DNA of 64,000 bases. Origin: the human T2T-CHM13v2.0 reference genome, Homo sapiens. This document shows, piece by piece, positions 1 to 15,089 of the stretch. Under the pieces are notes generated by a model. That model was not told the DNA's origin, did no database searches, and saw nothing but the letters and a program-made list of their open reading frames with translations. How positions within the stretch are numbered: position 1 is the first letter of the stretch; each line of letters starts with the position of its first letter. The translations under genes and the position numbers were made by a program. The stretch lies in NCBI RefSeq assembly GCF_009914755.1, contig NC_060932.1. One strand, written 5' to 3'.

Positions 1-59
1 TGGTTTTTAATTTTGTCTGTTTGTTTAGTTTATGGCTTATTTGTAGACAAAAATTCCTC

Positions 60-755
60 AAAAACTTAATAGGCTTCTGATCAACTTACTTCCAGGTAGT
101 CGTGTGTGCCAGAAACCACATTCATAGATCTTTCCTAGACATAATTCTCAAATATGTTTTATCTCTCTGCTTCCTTGCCATCATACTAGTTAATCTCATT
201 CAACTTAATACCAGGTACCTTGAGGCTATAACTTCTGAATGGGAATACCTTATCTTGAAACTGATCTTTTTTTTGTGAATCAGTTTATTCACCTGAAAAT
301 ATTTACTAAGCTGTTAGTGGCTAAAGTTTTTTTTTCTTTCTTTTTCTTCCCTTTGTGTAGTTTCATTTCTCACTGTTTGCATTCTAGAAACAGCTGACTT
401 TTTCAATATTGCAAAACCTGAATTTCCAAACTCTCTCTATTTCCTCCCATTTATGCTTGCAAACTAGCCAATTCCTTCCCAAGCTTTTTCTTGGCCAAAC
501 ACAGCCAATAAAAACCATACACCATTAAAATTATGCTTCTCATTTCTTTTCCTAGAGTTCAGTTTAAATAGGCACATATTCTACCTTCCAAGTGTTCACA
601 GAAAATAAGTTTTACCAAATGTTTTGCCACTGCTTAAGATCACGATTTTTCAAGCAGTCAGTTTCAGTCTCCTATTGACCGCCACAAAATACTAAGCCAA
701 TTCCACATATTGTAATTTTTTGTTTTGAAAGCACTCCATGTCGACATACAAACAT
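60..755 (-). mobile_element. MaLR internal sequence (MLT1-int-like), degraded
   Basis: Reverse complement of ~570-636 (gcagtggcaaaacatttggtaaaac...acttggaaggtagaatatgtgcc) resembles MLT/MST internal region; abuts an MLT1-like LTR. Confidence 0.5.
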
Positions 756-756
756 C

Positions 757-1203
757 TCTATTAGAATAGGCTAACTGCTGTAGCAAACATCTGAAAACCT
801 TATTGGCTTAATGAAATAAGATATATTTTTAATTCAAGTTTGATGGTTCTCTTAAGTGTTTTCTCTGTAAACTGTGACTTAATAACCCAAGTGACCTCTA
901 TCTTATGGTTTTGCCATTTTACAAATTCAAGGCAATCTTGGAATAATCTAGTCAGCAGAGGAGGGAAATGAGAAGAGTTTAACACAGAAGATTTTATGAT
1001 GATGTCTAACATTGATATACATAAATTCTGTGTATGTTTCTTTTTCCAGAACCCAATCACATGGTCCTACCACTTGATTAGGTATTAGGTCCTAACATGA
1101 TTAGGTGTTAAGAGGTGATTAGGTCCTAATTACCTAACACCTGAAATCGCCAGGAATTAAAGTCTTCCCATGTGTGAAGGTAGGATTAGTGAGCATCTAG
1201 CCA
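757..1203 (-). mobile_element. MLT1J-like MaLR LTR
   Basis: ttagaataggctaactgctgtagcaaaca...ttggcttaa at one end and gtcttcccatgtg...gtgagcatctagcca at the other resemble MLT1J termini. Confidence 0.55.
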
Positions 1204-1339
1204 CTTTTAGAGTAAAATTCAGCTAGAGCCACAGATTATCCTAATATCGGCAAGTAAAGATCATCCAGTTCTAAAACATGCAACAAAAATGTATGAAAAA
1301 CCCAGCCAGAGTCCTGACAATTTACTTTGTTAATATATT

Positions 1340-1578
1340 AACTAAAATGCATTGAGAATTTACTATTTGCCAGGTATTCTTCCAATTGTTTCATAATTAT
1401 TAAATTATTGTCCTTAAAATAATCCCATAAGGTAGTTGCTATTATTATACCTATTGTATAGATGAGAAAACTGAGGCATAAATGGATTCAGAAACTCATC
1501 CAAGATCTCACAGCTAGTAAGTGGCAGAAGCAGAATTTGATCCCAGGCAATCAGGTTCTAGAGCATGGACTCACCCAT
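1340..1578 (-). mobile_element. MIR SINE
   Basis: MIR core: atagatgagaaaactgaggcat...caagatctcacagctagtaagtggcagaagcagaatttga. Confidence 0.85.
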
Positions 1579-1872
1579 TGTATTGTTCACCCTTTCTGAT
1601 TTCTCCATGAGTTTCTCAAGTGACTAGTTTAGTTACTATTGTCTAATGGCATATTCTCTCTTCCCCTCTCCTGCCCAGAGAGGCATTTTCGGTCTTGTCT
1701 GCTTGTTTCCAGCCCTTTAGTGGTTCTCTAAAAGTCTACTCTTAATGTATTCCTGTACCGTTCTACAGCTGTATTAGTGAACACTTTGGGAGATTATCAT
1801 CCAATTTATAAAGTGACAAGGGAAGAGTATAAAGGGAAATTAAGAAATACATTGAAGGGGTAGTGAGGAGAG

Positions 1873-2420
1873 CAAGGCAGCCCACATCTCACATATGCAG
1901 AGCGTGAGGCAAGAGCACAAACAGAGGCCCACATTCCATATGTCTAACACTTAAAAGTTATACATTAAGCCAGCACGATGTTAAATAAAATATACTTCAT
2001 CCTCCTACCATGAAAAATATAATATCTTGGAATGCCAGGCTGAATACAGAATTATGGAACTCAAAATTTTATGCCTGAATGTGTTAGCATGGGAAGGAGC
2101 TAGCTCCTGATCCCCTGCCTTCCTTCTCCCTCCTGTGGGTTCATCCAATACTACAAAAGGCCTCTCACACATATGGGAAGACATCTCAGTGCGCACATTT
2201 GAGCTCTGTCCACACCACCGCAGCAAATAGCCACTCCTAAGTCTTCCATTAGGAGGGTAATTCCAGAGAAGAGGTAGGGACTGGAAGCTAGGCTGGCTGT
2301 TTCATAGGAAATTTCAGGTTCCTGACTATTCATAATATAAGTCTGGGTTTAAAGGGAGATAGATTCTGGGTAGGCACATTTTCTTGGCCCCCAGAATTCT
2401 CACACTATGGGAAAGGCCAT
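1873..2420. mobile_element. Probable hAT-family MER DNA transposon fossil (subfamily uncertain)
   Basis: ggcaagagcacaaacagaggcccacattccatatgtctaacacttaaaagttata resembles a recalled hAT-type MER; boundaries approximate. Confidence 0.4.
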
Positions 2421-2699
2421 ATGAAGCCCAGAGCTGGGCTCTCTGAAGAATGGGACTGAAACTCCTGACATTCCCTTCTGACCATAAGGGAGTAACAGAG
2501 ATCAGATTTGCCCTCCAGCCTCCAGCAGCCGACTTGAATTACAAATATTGTCAAAGAAAGTTCTTCAGATATAAGAAAAATAATAACAGATGATAATTTA
2601 GAACAATGTAAACAATTAAGAATTCCAGAAATGATAAATATGTGGCAAAATATAGAATGTATTTTTCTCATTTTTAACCTCATTGAAATATAACTGACC

Positions 2700-4965
2700 T
2701 TTTAAAGATATACTCTGAAAACACTTATCTACCAAAATATGGAGTGGATAATATTATTATGCAAGTAGCGTTTAAAACAAAACGTATTTATCAGACATAA
2801 AGATAAACATTTCATAATAATAAAGGCACTACTTCATCCAGAGGACATAACAATTGTAAACTTTTACACACCTAATAACAGAGCTTCAAAATGCATGAAC
2901 CAAAATTGATAGGATTAAAAGATGAAACAAAGAAATTGACAATAGACTTGAAATGGGAAATAAACAAATTATGATTGCAGTAGGAGATTGCAACACTCCT
3001 CTAGCAGTAATTGATGGACAGGCAGATGGAAAACCAGCAAGAATATAATGCCCTTGAATAATCATTTCAAATAATTTAACCTAATTGACATTTATGAAAC
3101 ACCTCACATAATAGCAGCAGAATACATATTATTTTTCAGTGAATGTAGTACATTTACCAAAATAGATCATATGCTAGGTCATAAAACAAGTCTCAAAAAA
3201 TGTAAAGGAGTTAAAACCATACAAGGTGTGTTCTCTGACCATAACAAAATTAAACTAAAAATAACTAACAGAAAGATATCTGGAAAATTCCTCCAATACT
3301 TGGAAATTAAACAACACATCTCTAAATAACATATGGATCAATAAAAAAATTGTAAGAGAAATTAGAAAATATTTTAAGCTGAATGAAAATGCAAATACAA
3401 CAGATCAAAATTTGTAAGATGCAGTTAAAGCAACATTTAGAGAGAACTTTTAGCATTATATGGTTATATTAGAAAAGAATAGAAGTGGCAAATCAATGAT
3501 CTGAGATTCCACTTTTAAAAACTAGAAAAAGAAGAGCAAATCAAACTTAAATAAATTGATGGAACAGAATAGAGGCCAGAAATAGAGCCACACATTTTTG
3601 ATCAACTAATTTTTGACAATGGTGCCAAGGTGACTCAATTCATAACGGAGATAGTCTTTTCACCAAGTGGAACTTGAGCAATTAGACACACACACACAAA
3701 AATTAACCTTGATCCTTACCATCTCTGTATGTAAAACTTAACCTGAAATGAATCATAGACCTAAATATTAGAGTTAAAACTATAAAACTTCTAGAAGAAA
3801 ATGTAGAAGAAAATCTTACATCCAGAATGTTTAAGGACTCTTAACAAATTGGTAAAACAAAGAAAACAACCCAGTTTTTAAAATGGGCAAAAGATTTGAA
3901 TAGACACATCACCAAGAAACAATGACAAACATACACATGAAAGGGTCCTCAACTTCATTAGTCATCAAGGAAATGAAAATAAAAACCACAGAGTTAGTAC
4001 TGCACGTTCTCTGGAATGGTGGAAGTTTAAAAGACTGAGTACCAAATGCTGGCAAGAATGTGGAGCTGTGAGAACTCTCATAGATTTTTGCTGGAAATGC
4101 AAAATGGTGTAACCACTTGGAAAACATTTTGGCATTTTCTTATACAATAAAGCATCCAATTATCATGAGACCCCCAAATCCCACTTCTGGGTATTTACTG
4201 CAGAGAAATAAAAACACATGTCCACACAAAGACTTGTATTCAAATGTTTATAGCAGTTTTACGTATAATAATCCAAAACTGAAAACAGCACAAACGGCCA
4301 TTACCTGGTCCTCAGATGATAACTGTATTCTGTAATACTTAGCTATAAAAAAAGAGAAACTACAGACCATCCTGGCTAACACTGTGAAACCCCGTCTCTA
4401 CTAAAAATACAAAATATTAGCAGTGCGTGGTGGTGGGTGCCTGTAGTCCTAGCTACCGGGAGGCTGAGGCAGGAGAATGGCATGAACCCCGGAGGCGGAG
4501 CTTGCAGTGAGCCGAGATCGCGCCCCTGCACTCCAGCCTGGGTGACAGAGCGAGACTCCGTCTCAAAAAAAAAAAAAAAAAGAGAAAGAAACTACTGATA
4601 TGGAACAACATAGATGAATCCCAACAGCACTCTGCTCTGTGAAAGAAGCCAAACACTAAAGACTGGCTACTGTGTAGTTTCCATTTATACACAATTTTAG
4701 AAAAGATAAAATTATAATGACAGAAAGAAGATTAATATTTGCCAAGAATCAGGAGTAGAGGGAGAAGATTGATTCCAAGAAGCATGGGGACAGTTTTTGG
4801 GGTCGTGGGCATGTTCTATATCATGATTATGGTGGTGGTTTCATGACTGTAGAAACTTACCAAATTGTAGAAATTTACCATATATCTGTAGAAACTTACT
4901 AAATTGGACTCTGACAATTAATGAATGTTACATTATGTACGTTAAACCTCAGTACAACTGATTTT
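2700..4965 (+). mobile_element. Old L1M-family LINE (ORF2 endonuclease region joined to ORF2 C-terminal region and 3' UTR), interrupted by an Alu
   Basis: ORF2 remnants: acacctaataacagagcttcaaaat, tggaaattaaacaacac, gatggaacagaatagag, aaatgggcaaaagatttgaatagac; old L1M-type 3' end at 4600-4965. Confidence 0.85.
4364..4586 (+). mobile_element. 5'-truncated AluY
   Basis: Starts at agaccatcctggctaac; AluY diagnostics gagaatggcatgaacc and ggagcttgcagtg; poly(A); TSD agaaactac at 4355-4363 and 4587-4595. Confidence 0.92.
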
Positions 4966-5295
4966 AAAGAGTGTGAACCCTAGAGCAGTGATCCCTTTTG
5001 CATGAGTATAAAGGCAGAAATGAAGAAAAAAAAGAACAAGCAAAAGAAACTGAAAATGTTTAATTTATAAGGTGAATAGAGACCCTGGTCATTGTATTAA
5101 CAGTAGCCAACAATCACCACTATATATCAACAACATCTCATATTTAATGGTGGTTCTTATGTGCTAGGCACTCTTCTAAACTTCTTGAATTAACTCTTTT
5201 AATTTAGATAACAATCCTGGTAGTAAATCAAGCCTTTTAGTGAGGACATGGTCAGCACTGAATGCTGCATACAGAGGAGAACAAGAGTGGCATTG

Positions 5296-5453
5296 GTTTT
5301 TGTTTGTTTGTTTGTTTTGTTTTACTTTAAGTTCTGGGATACATGTGCAGAACGTGCAGGTTTGTTACATAGGTATACATGTGCCATGGTGGTTTGCTGC
5401 ACCTATCAATCTGTCATCTAGGTTTTAAGCCCTGCATGCCTTAGGTATTTGTT
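5296..5453 (-). mobile_element. L1PA7/8-like 3' end fragment
   Basis: taagttctgggatacatgtgcagaacgtgcagg...ctaggttttaagccc; TSD gtggcattg at 5287-5295 and 5454-5462. Confidence 0.9.
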
Positions 5454-6993
5454 GTGGCATTGTTTTATGCTAATGCATGTACATAGCAATTAGAAGGATG
5501 GGTTAAAGCTGCATTGCTATAGGTTAACTGTGAATTAGGAAAATTGAAGAAGCAGAAACAAAGAATGTAGACTGTTCCTTTAAGAACTTGGCTGTGAAAA
5601 AAAGAAGTGATATCGGATTATAGTCAAAGGAAAATTTGTATTTTTAGGACCTGACATTTTTAACGTGTTTATAGAATAAGAGAAAGGAGCTAGAAAAGAT
5701 ATAGATTCTAAAAATATAAGTGGTTGGGGAGATACTTGGTGAAAAAGGAGAACTTGGGTTCTTCACTTATTGGAGCCTCACCTATTTCCTTTCTATAAAA
5801 ATAAAAATCATAATCCCAACTACAAAAATTTCCATGAGAATTACATGAAATAAAATATGTATTCTAGCCACTGTAGCTATTTTACTTTCTTTTTCATTTA
5901 TTATTATACTACTTACTCTATAAAGTCCAAACCAGCTACAAGAAGTTAACTTGCTATAATATCCTCTTTCTGGGGTTTTCCATGAATCCTATTTAAAAGA
6001 GCAGGGGCAGAAAGAACTCAAGAAGTTTCAAATAAGTTATCATAATAGATATCAATGGCCACATCCACATACTGAATAGGAAACGAAGCATAGGAATAAA
6101 TGCGATACTATTTGGAAATAGAGAGGAAGAGAGGACAAAAGACTGAAATAAGAAAACACATTAACCCCAAGGAAAAAAATTTATTGAGTACTTTGCCATT
6201 GGAGTAAAATAACCAGTACCTTTTATCTCAGATGATTGTAGCATTAAACTAACCAGACAAAAATGTTTATAAGCACCCTTGATTGCCTTCCATAAGAGGC
6301 ATTAGCAATGTAGATCAACAAAACAGGTGAACTACGTGGGATTAACTGAACTATGAAAGTGGGGGTAAGAATGAATATTGAATTTTTATTTTTTAAACTA
6401 TAATAATCACCTAAGGGACACATAAAGGCAGTCAGGAAATGTCAAAGATAAAAATGTTAATTAGGACATTTGGTTTCTTCTTAAAGCAAGCTGCAGTGTT
6501 GTCCTTTTTTCGACATTTGGAAGCTTTAAATTCTTCTCTGCCAACTCACCCTTGACTCATATACTCTTTCCTTTAAGAAAAAACAAAATCAGCTAAGATA
6601 TTTATTTTTGGAGTTCATAGATTATGACCTCACTGGAGAGGTAGGTATCATGGAATCAAATGGCAATTCAAAGGTAAAATCTGTAGAAATATATTGCTAA
6701 CATCCTGGAGAATATTCCGTATCCCTCAGACTAATACGCAGAAAGTCACTTTACTGTTCTCTGTGCTATCTATATTAGCATCTAGGTAAGAAAGGAATCC
6801 AGAGTTGGTGGAATGAGAGTGTGTTTTAGGGAAGCATAGAGCGACCATATTTCAGAGAATGGAGAGCTCTGCATGAATCACATGCATAGGCAACATCCAC
6901 TTACATGCTCCTTACACATAGAAAGCACACATACATATAGACACATGTATGTGTCTGTGTTTGGCATGTGCATAAGAATCTTTTGAAGAGCTA

Positions 6994-7465
<472 letters not shown>

Positions 7466-7475
7466 AGATAGATAA

Positions 7476-7520
<45 letters not shown>
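7466..7520 (+). repeat. (GATA)n tetranucleotide microsatellite replacing the Alu tail, preceded by (CT)n
   Basis: agatagataaatagatagatagata... about 13 units. Confidence 0.95.
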
Positions 7521-7521
<1 letters not shown>

Positions 7522-8031
7522 TGATTCCAGCCGCACACAACCCAACTTCCCACTCTATCCACTTTTGTTAAGTCTAGGGTTATACTCAGGAGTATGCATT
7601 TTTAACCATCACTCCCAAGTAATTTTTATGCAGGAAGTTTGAAGACCTTACTTATAAAAACACTATTATAGAGAAATTTTTAAGTTGTTCACACAGAGGA
7701 AAAGAATGCTACTGTAATTAGTACCTTTAGCTAAGCTGCCCTTGCTTAAGCAGAGTAAGAAAACCTAAGTGATCAGATTTCTGGAGCTCTGGATTCCTTG
7801 AGGTGACACAGTCATTCCGTAATGAGAGGTCACACTGAATATGCAGACTTATCCTCTACAAAAGTAATGCATTGATTTACATGCACATTCAGAGTAGAAT
7901 ACCCATCTATGCATAATTTGGCACTGTCTATTACTTCTGTGCTAGAGATGCAAAGCTACAGGAGACAGCACACAGAAGGTCCTGGCTTCTACGTTTCTTG
8001 ATCAGTTTCATCTCTAGTAGCCTTCACCTTA

Positions 8032-9097
<1,066 letters not shown>

Positions 9098-9639
9098 TAA
9101 GAATTCATGATCTATAAACCTCAAAAGACTTCTTGAAATTTCTCAGAAATTCTTTTGTATTGACACACTGTCTACCATTCTTTGTCATAGCTATTTTCAA
9201 TCATTGCCACTCTCTTCAAACTTAATCCTTCACCCTCAGGGGAAAATTCACCTCCTGTTTCATAGAGAAGTAGGGCACACCAGACAAGAACCATTAAACT
9301 TTCTATCTCCAAACAACAAAGGTGTCTGCACCTGCTCGTGTAATCGTGGATAAAATACTGCTTTTTCTGTTCCCAGAGAACCCAGCATTGTGCTCCAGAT
9401 CCCTTTTCTTCTTTTGTTTCTCGAAGTATCACCTGGGAAACACCAGCATGATTACCACCTAGGGAGGCTGGCCAGGTACAGAAGCCTCAGTACAACCTTC
9501 AGAATCAGAACCTCTAGATTTGGCATCAAATAATTGTGCATTTTAAATTTTTTTTCAGGGGTGATATTTGTTCTCCCTCAAGTATAAAATGACTGTCCTC
9601 TAGTCTCGTGACTGGGTCTTTAACATCTCCCATCAATAT

Positions 9640-10020
9640 TTACACTTGTACAATTCTCCCTCATCAACCTTGAGTACCTGTCTTCTGCCCCACAAGACTC
9701 ATTTTTCTCTTCTGCTTTAGCAACAAATTTCTTGAAACAGTTGCTACTCTTACTTTCTATGTTTTCTAAGTTAATATTCCCTTTTCAATTGACTGCTTCT
9801 ACCACCACCACCAAATCCTATCTACTGAAACTACTTTGAAAGTCACTAATCTCCTTATTGCTGAATCCAAGATGCACATTTTTGTCCTTTTCTCACTTGA
9901 TCTGCTGATAGTATTTGACTCAATTGGCTTCCCTCCTCAAAAACTCCCTTCCCTGGACTTCCAGAATGTTGTATAAGCTGCTGCATCTCCATTATAGCTG
10001 ACTCCTATTCTTTACTCAAG
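9640..10020 (+). mobile_element. L2 LINE fragment (continues at ~11530-11690 and ~12570-12830 after nested insertions)
   Basis: actgaaactactttgaaagtcactaatctccttattgctgaatccaa...tttgactca matches L2 ORF2 region. Confidence 0.7.
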
Positions 10021-10021
10021 T

Positions 10022-10319
10022 CTTTTTTTTTTTTTAGACAGAGTCTCACTTTATCACCCAGGCTGGAGTGCAGAGGGAGCGATCTTGGCTCACTGCAACT
10101 TCCACCTCCCAGGTTCCAGCAATTCTCATGCCTCAACCTCTGGAGTAGCTGGAATTACAGGTGCATCCCCCCACATCCGGATAATTTTTGTATTTTTACT
10201 AGAGACGGGGGGTTTCACCATGTTGGCCAGGCTGGTCTCGAACTCCTGGCCTCAAGTGGTCCACCCAATTTAGCCTCCCAAAGGGCCGGGATTACAGGCG
10301 TGAGCCACTGTGCCCTGCC
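10022..10319 (-). mobile_element. AluS
   Basis: Reverse Alu dimer with poly(T). Confidence 0.92.
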
Positions 10320-10454
10320 TGCTCATCTCTTAAATTGGAGTACTCTAATTTCTTTTCTAGAATCTCTCTTCTTTTAATTTACATAGGTATTTCTGAGGAA
10401 ATTCCATCTATTTCCAAATCTTTAAATATTATATACAATCTGATGAATAATACC

Positions 10455-11530
10455 AAGGTACACAGATGGCAAATAAGCATATGAAAACATGCACAACAGT
10501 ATATGTCATTAGGGAACTGCAAATTACAGCAACAGTGAAATACCACTACACACCTATTCAAATGGCCACAATCCAAAACACTGAAAACACCAAAATGCTC
10601 ACAAAGATCTAGAGGAATAGAAACTCTCATTCATTGCTGGTGGGAAGGCAAAATGGTACATCCACTTTGGAACACAGGTTGCTAGTTTCTTACAAGGCTA
10701 AACATAGTTGTATTATATGATCTGGCAATCACACTCCTTACCCAAATGAGCTAAAGATTTATATACACACAAAAACTTTCATAGGAGTGTTTATAGCAAT
10801 ATCATTCATAATCACTAAAAATGGAAAGCAAGCAAAATGTCCTTCAATAGGTAAATGGATAAACTGTGATATATTCATATAATGAAACATTATTAAGTGT
10901 TTAAAAAAAGAGCCAAGGGAATATGGGAAATCTCTGTATTTTCTGCTTACTTTTGCTGTGAACTTAAAACTGCTTTAAAGAAAATAAAATCTATCTTAAA
11001 AATTGAGCTATCAAGCCACCAAAAGACTTAGAGATACATTAAGTACCTATCACCTAGTGAAAGAAGCCAGCTGAAAAAGTTCTATGTACTGCAGATTCTA
11101 ACTCTATTACATTCTGGAAAGGTAAAACGCTAAGTAAAAAGAGCATTGGTTTCAGGGGTAAGAGGAAGGGAGAAATAGGTGGAGCACAGGAGATTTTTAG
11201 GGCAGTGAAACTATTGTGTATAATACTATAATGGTAAATGCATGACATTATGTATATGTCAAAGCCCAGAGAATTCCACAACACAAATAGCAAACCTTAA
11301 TGCAAACTATGGATTTCAGGCAATAATAATGTATCAACAGTGGTTCATCAGTTATAACAAACGTACTGCACTAATGCAAGATGTTGATAACAGGGGAAAC
11401 TCTGTGTACCTGATATGGGGGGAAGGTCTATGGGACTCTGTACAATTTTTCTGCAATCCTAAAACTGCCTTAAAAAATGAAGTCTACTTAGAAAATAACA
11501 AATTGGTTTTTTAAAAGTCTATTTTAAAAA
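10455..11530 (+). mobile_element. L1MC-like 3' end, with an extra 3'-terminal L1 fragment at ~10915-11000
   Basis: cagatggcaaataagcatatgaaaa; 3' UTR motifs aaccttaatgcaaactatgga and ctaatgcaagatgttgataacagggg. Confidence 0.82.
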
Positions 11531-11703
11531 TCTATCCACATTTTTCCACTGCATTTTTCATACACTTGTTCAGGCCACATCCACATTTGCCTTTAATTTA
11601 CTATTACCACCTCCTACTCGTCTTTAAATTCTCCCTCTAATCTATACATTACACATAGTCCACTCTGCAGCAAGTGTGATGTTTTATAACTATATAAAAA
11701 TAA

Positions 11704-12560
11704 TCAACAACCCCATCAAAAAGTGGGCAAAGGACATTAACAGATACTTCTCAAAAGAAGACATGTATGCAGCCAACAAACATATGAAAAAAAGCTCAAC
11801 ATCACTGATCATTAGAGAAATGTAAAACAAAACCACAATGAGATACTATCCCACACCAGTCAGAATGGCGATTATTAAAAAGTCAGGAAACAATAGATGC
11901 TGGTGAGGCTCTGTAGAGATAGGACCACTTTTACACTGTTGGTGGGAGTGTAGATTAGTTCAACCATTATAGACAGTGTGGCGATTCCCTAAGGATCTAG
12001 AACCAGAAATACCATTCGACCCAGCCATCCTATTACTGGGTATATACCCAGAGGAATATAAATCATTCTATTATAAAGATACATGCACATGTATGTTCAC
12101 TGCAGCACTATTCACAATAGCAAAGACATGGAATCTACCCAAATGCCCAAAAATGATAGACTGGATAAAGAAAATGTGGTACATATACACCATGGAATAC
12201 CATGCAGCCATAAAAAGGAACGAGATTGCATTATTTGCAAGGACATGGATGAAGCTGGAAGCCATAATCCTCAGCAAACTAACACAGGAACAGAAAAACA
12301 AACACAGCATATTCTTACTCATAAGTGGGAGGTGAACAATGAGAACACATGGACACAGGGAGTGGAACAACACACACCAGGACCTGTCAGTGGGGTGAGT
12401 GGAGGGAGAGCATCAGGATAAATAGTTAATGCATGTGGGGCTTAATACCTAGGTGATGGGTTGATAGGTGCAGCAAACCACCATGGCACACGTTTATCTA
12501 TGTAACAAACCTGCACATCCTGTACATGTATCCCGGAACTTAAAATAAATTTTTTAAAAA
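11704..12560 (+). mobile_element. L1PA (approx. PA8-PA11) 3' ~860 bp
   Basis: ORF 11976-12335 translates to L1 ORF2p C-terminus ([12 protein letters not shown]...KKMWYIYTMEY); L1PA 3' UTR and A-rich tail. Confidence 0.93.
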
Positions 12561-13861
12561 ATCGTCATCATCATCATGTTTCTCTTTAGCTTTTAATACT
12601 TCAGTTGTTTCCTATTGCCTTCAGAATATGATTGTGAATCCTTAACATGGATCATTAGTGTCTTATGACCTCACTCGCCTCTCAACTCCCCACAAAACCT
12701 GCCCCCTCCTGTGCCGAATTGCCTGCAAATTCCCAAGCCCGTTCTGTTTTTACTCCTCTCTACCTTGCTCACATAAATCCTGTTCTTTTTCTAGTCTCAC
12801 CTTAAACATCTTTTCCTCTAAGAAACCATCCCAGTTTGGCCAAAAATAAGTCCTGACAACCTTCAAGTTTGGAAACAGAATTTTATGAATTTCTAATTTA
12901 TACATCCAATAACTCACTTGATTGCATTTTAGTAAGACCCTGAGAAATGCATTCCAGCCTAGACTCTGGCTTTAATGGGTAAAACAAAAGCATCTGAGAA
13001 CAAAAAGAAAAAATATTCCACTCAGCCATATGTGCGTGATTGGCTTTCCAAGTACAAGTGTATCTGGACTGGATATCAGCCTGGATCCAAATGAGGACTC
13101 CCAGGCCCCGATCCCACATCACAACCAAAACAAAGTTAAAGTGACCCCTGGGAAATTGACAGGTCATCACAGCTGTTCTGGAGTGCATGCGGGCAGATTA
13201 CTCTAGGTGATAGTGGTGATTGCTCTGGAGTCTTAAATATTATTTAAAAAAAAAACAGTCCAGCTGCAAAGGAAGAGTCACTTGGGCCTAGTAGGAAGAG
13301 GTGAAGGGTCAAAGCCAAGGTGAAGGTCTGAATTAAAAACATGCTTGGTCCTCAAAGCTACAAGACAGGAGAAGAGGCAAATGTTTTCTCAAATACTGAG
13401 GCCTAAAAGAGTAAACAATGGCTGTGCATTTTCCTCCTTTTTTCAAACAAAATTCAATAAAGTGATCAGCACTTCTGCTAGAGGTGGTGATAATTGCATC
13501 CAATCATCTTTAAGCAACTGGGCTTGGCTTTGTCAAAAATGTGTAAATGGCAGGCTCAGATTTTAATACTTTGAAACTCAGGTTGAGAGGCAGAGATCCA
13601 GATGGGGGAAGGAAAAGGGAAAGTGTGAACTGGAGAGTGTCAGGCAATGCCGGGAACTAGAGAAGGTGATAATAGTCCTACACCTCAGCCTCCCCAAACA
13701 CCCAGGGTGGCCTTAAGCTGAGGCAGGCGGAGGGGGTGGGACTGTTGTACAAGGAACCACAGCCAGCATTCACTTCTACAGCTGCCTGGACACTTAGTTA
13801 ATCTGCCCTCTGCCTTAGACCCTCCAATACAAGTGATTGATGCACTGCCCTTGGAATGCTG

Positions 13862-14560
13862 GTTCATGCATTCATTTATTCATTCATTCATGCACCATCC
13901 ATTCAACAAACATTCACTGGAACCAGGCACTAGAGATACAGTGACAAGGGAGACAGACAAAATCCTTGATCTCATTGAGCTAACATTCTGGTTGGGGAGA
14001 GAGACAACAAGCAGATAAACAAATGCATATGCAAAATAGTGTCAGAGAGTGATAAGTATAATGTAGGAAAAAAGCCTAGGTTAAGAGAATAGAGGGACAG
14101 CATTAAGAAAAAAACAGTAAATGCATGCTGGGCTTAATACCTAGGTAACGGGTTGATAGGTGCAGCAAACCACCATGGCACACATTTACCTATGTAATAA
14201 ACCTGCATATCCTGCATATGTACTCCGGAACTTAAAATTAAAAAAAAAATTTAAGATAATAGAGGGACAAAGGGTGCTGTTTTAGTAAAGTGGCCCAAAA
14301 AGTCCTCTTGATGGTAACATTGAAGTGGACGCTTACAGGAACTGAGTGAATAAGTCAGGTGAGTGTCTGTAGGAAACAGGTCCAGGCAGGTGCACAGGCC
14401 CAAAGTGGAACAGGCTTGGGGACACTACAAGAAGAGCCATAAGTAAGGTAGAGAGGAGACATTGGTCATCAGGGAATCTTAGCCAGGCCACAGCCTTGTT
14501 GACTTTTATTCTCAATGTGATGGGAATCCCTAGAGGATTGGGTGCAGGGAAGCAAATGTA
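13862..14560 (-). mobile_element. L2 3' end, interrupted by short L1
   Basis: (ttca)n tail, cattcaacaaacatt, ccaggcactagagatacagtg. Confidence 0.8.
14100..14250 (+). mobile_element. Short L1PA 3' end insertion
   Basis: gcatgctgggcttaatacctagg...gaacttaaaattaaaa; 19-bp TSD ttaaga(g/t)aatagagggaca at 14081-14099 and 14251-14269. Confidence 0.9.
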
Positions 14561-14569
14561 ACAGGTTTG

Positions 14570-14955
14570 TTTATTTGTTCACAGTAAAGGACACACCCAA
14601 TCTTCCATCTTAACAATTTTTAAGTGCACAGTTCAGTGGCATTACATGCATTCCTGTTGTCCTGCTATCACTATCATCCTGCCACAGAGCTCTTTTCATC
14701 TTGCAAATCTGAAACCGTACCCATTAAACAATCCCCATGTGCCTCCTTTTCACAACTTCTGGAACCCAACATTCTCCTTTCTGTTTCTACTCATTGGACA
14801 ACTCTGGGAACCTCACAGAAGTGGAATCATACAGTCTTTGTTCTTTGGTGACTGGCTTATTTCACTTAGTATAATGTCTTCAAGGCTCATCCACATTGTA
14901 GCATGTGCCAGAATTTCTTTCCTTTTTAAGGCTGAATAATATTCCATTGTATAAA
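14570..14955 (-). mobile_element. L1MB-like 3' end
   Basis: ccatcttaacaatttttaagtgcacagttcagtggcatta...tttttaaggctgaataatattccattgtat. Confidence 0.85.
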
Positions 14956-14959
14956 TATA

Positions 14960-15089
14960 GAGTTGTTCCTCAGTATCCATGGGAGATTGATTCCAGAAAC
15001 CCTGTTGAATACTAACATCCAAGGATGCCCAAGTCCCTGATATAAAGTGACATAGTATTTGCATATCACCTATATACATCCTCTCATAT
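14960..15089 (+). mobile_element. MER2 (TcMar-Tigger) left portion, truncated
   Basis: cctcagtatccatgggagattgattccag...ggatgcccaagtccctgatataaa...gtatttgcatatcacct matches the first ~130 bp of MER2; the remainder and right TIR are absent. Confidence 0.8.
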
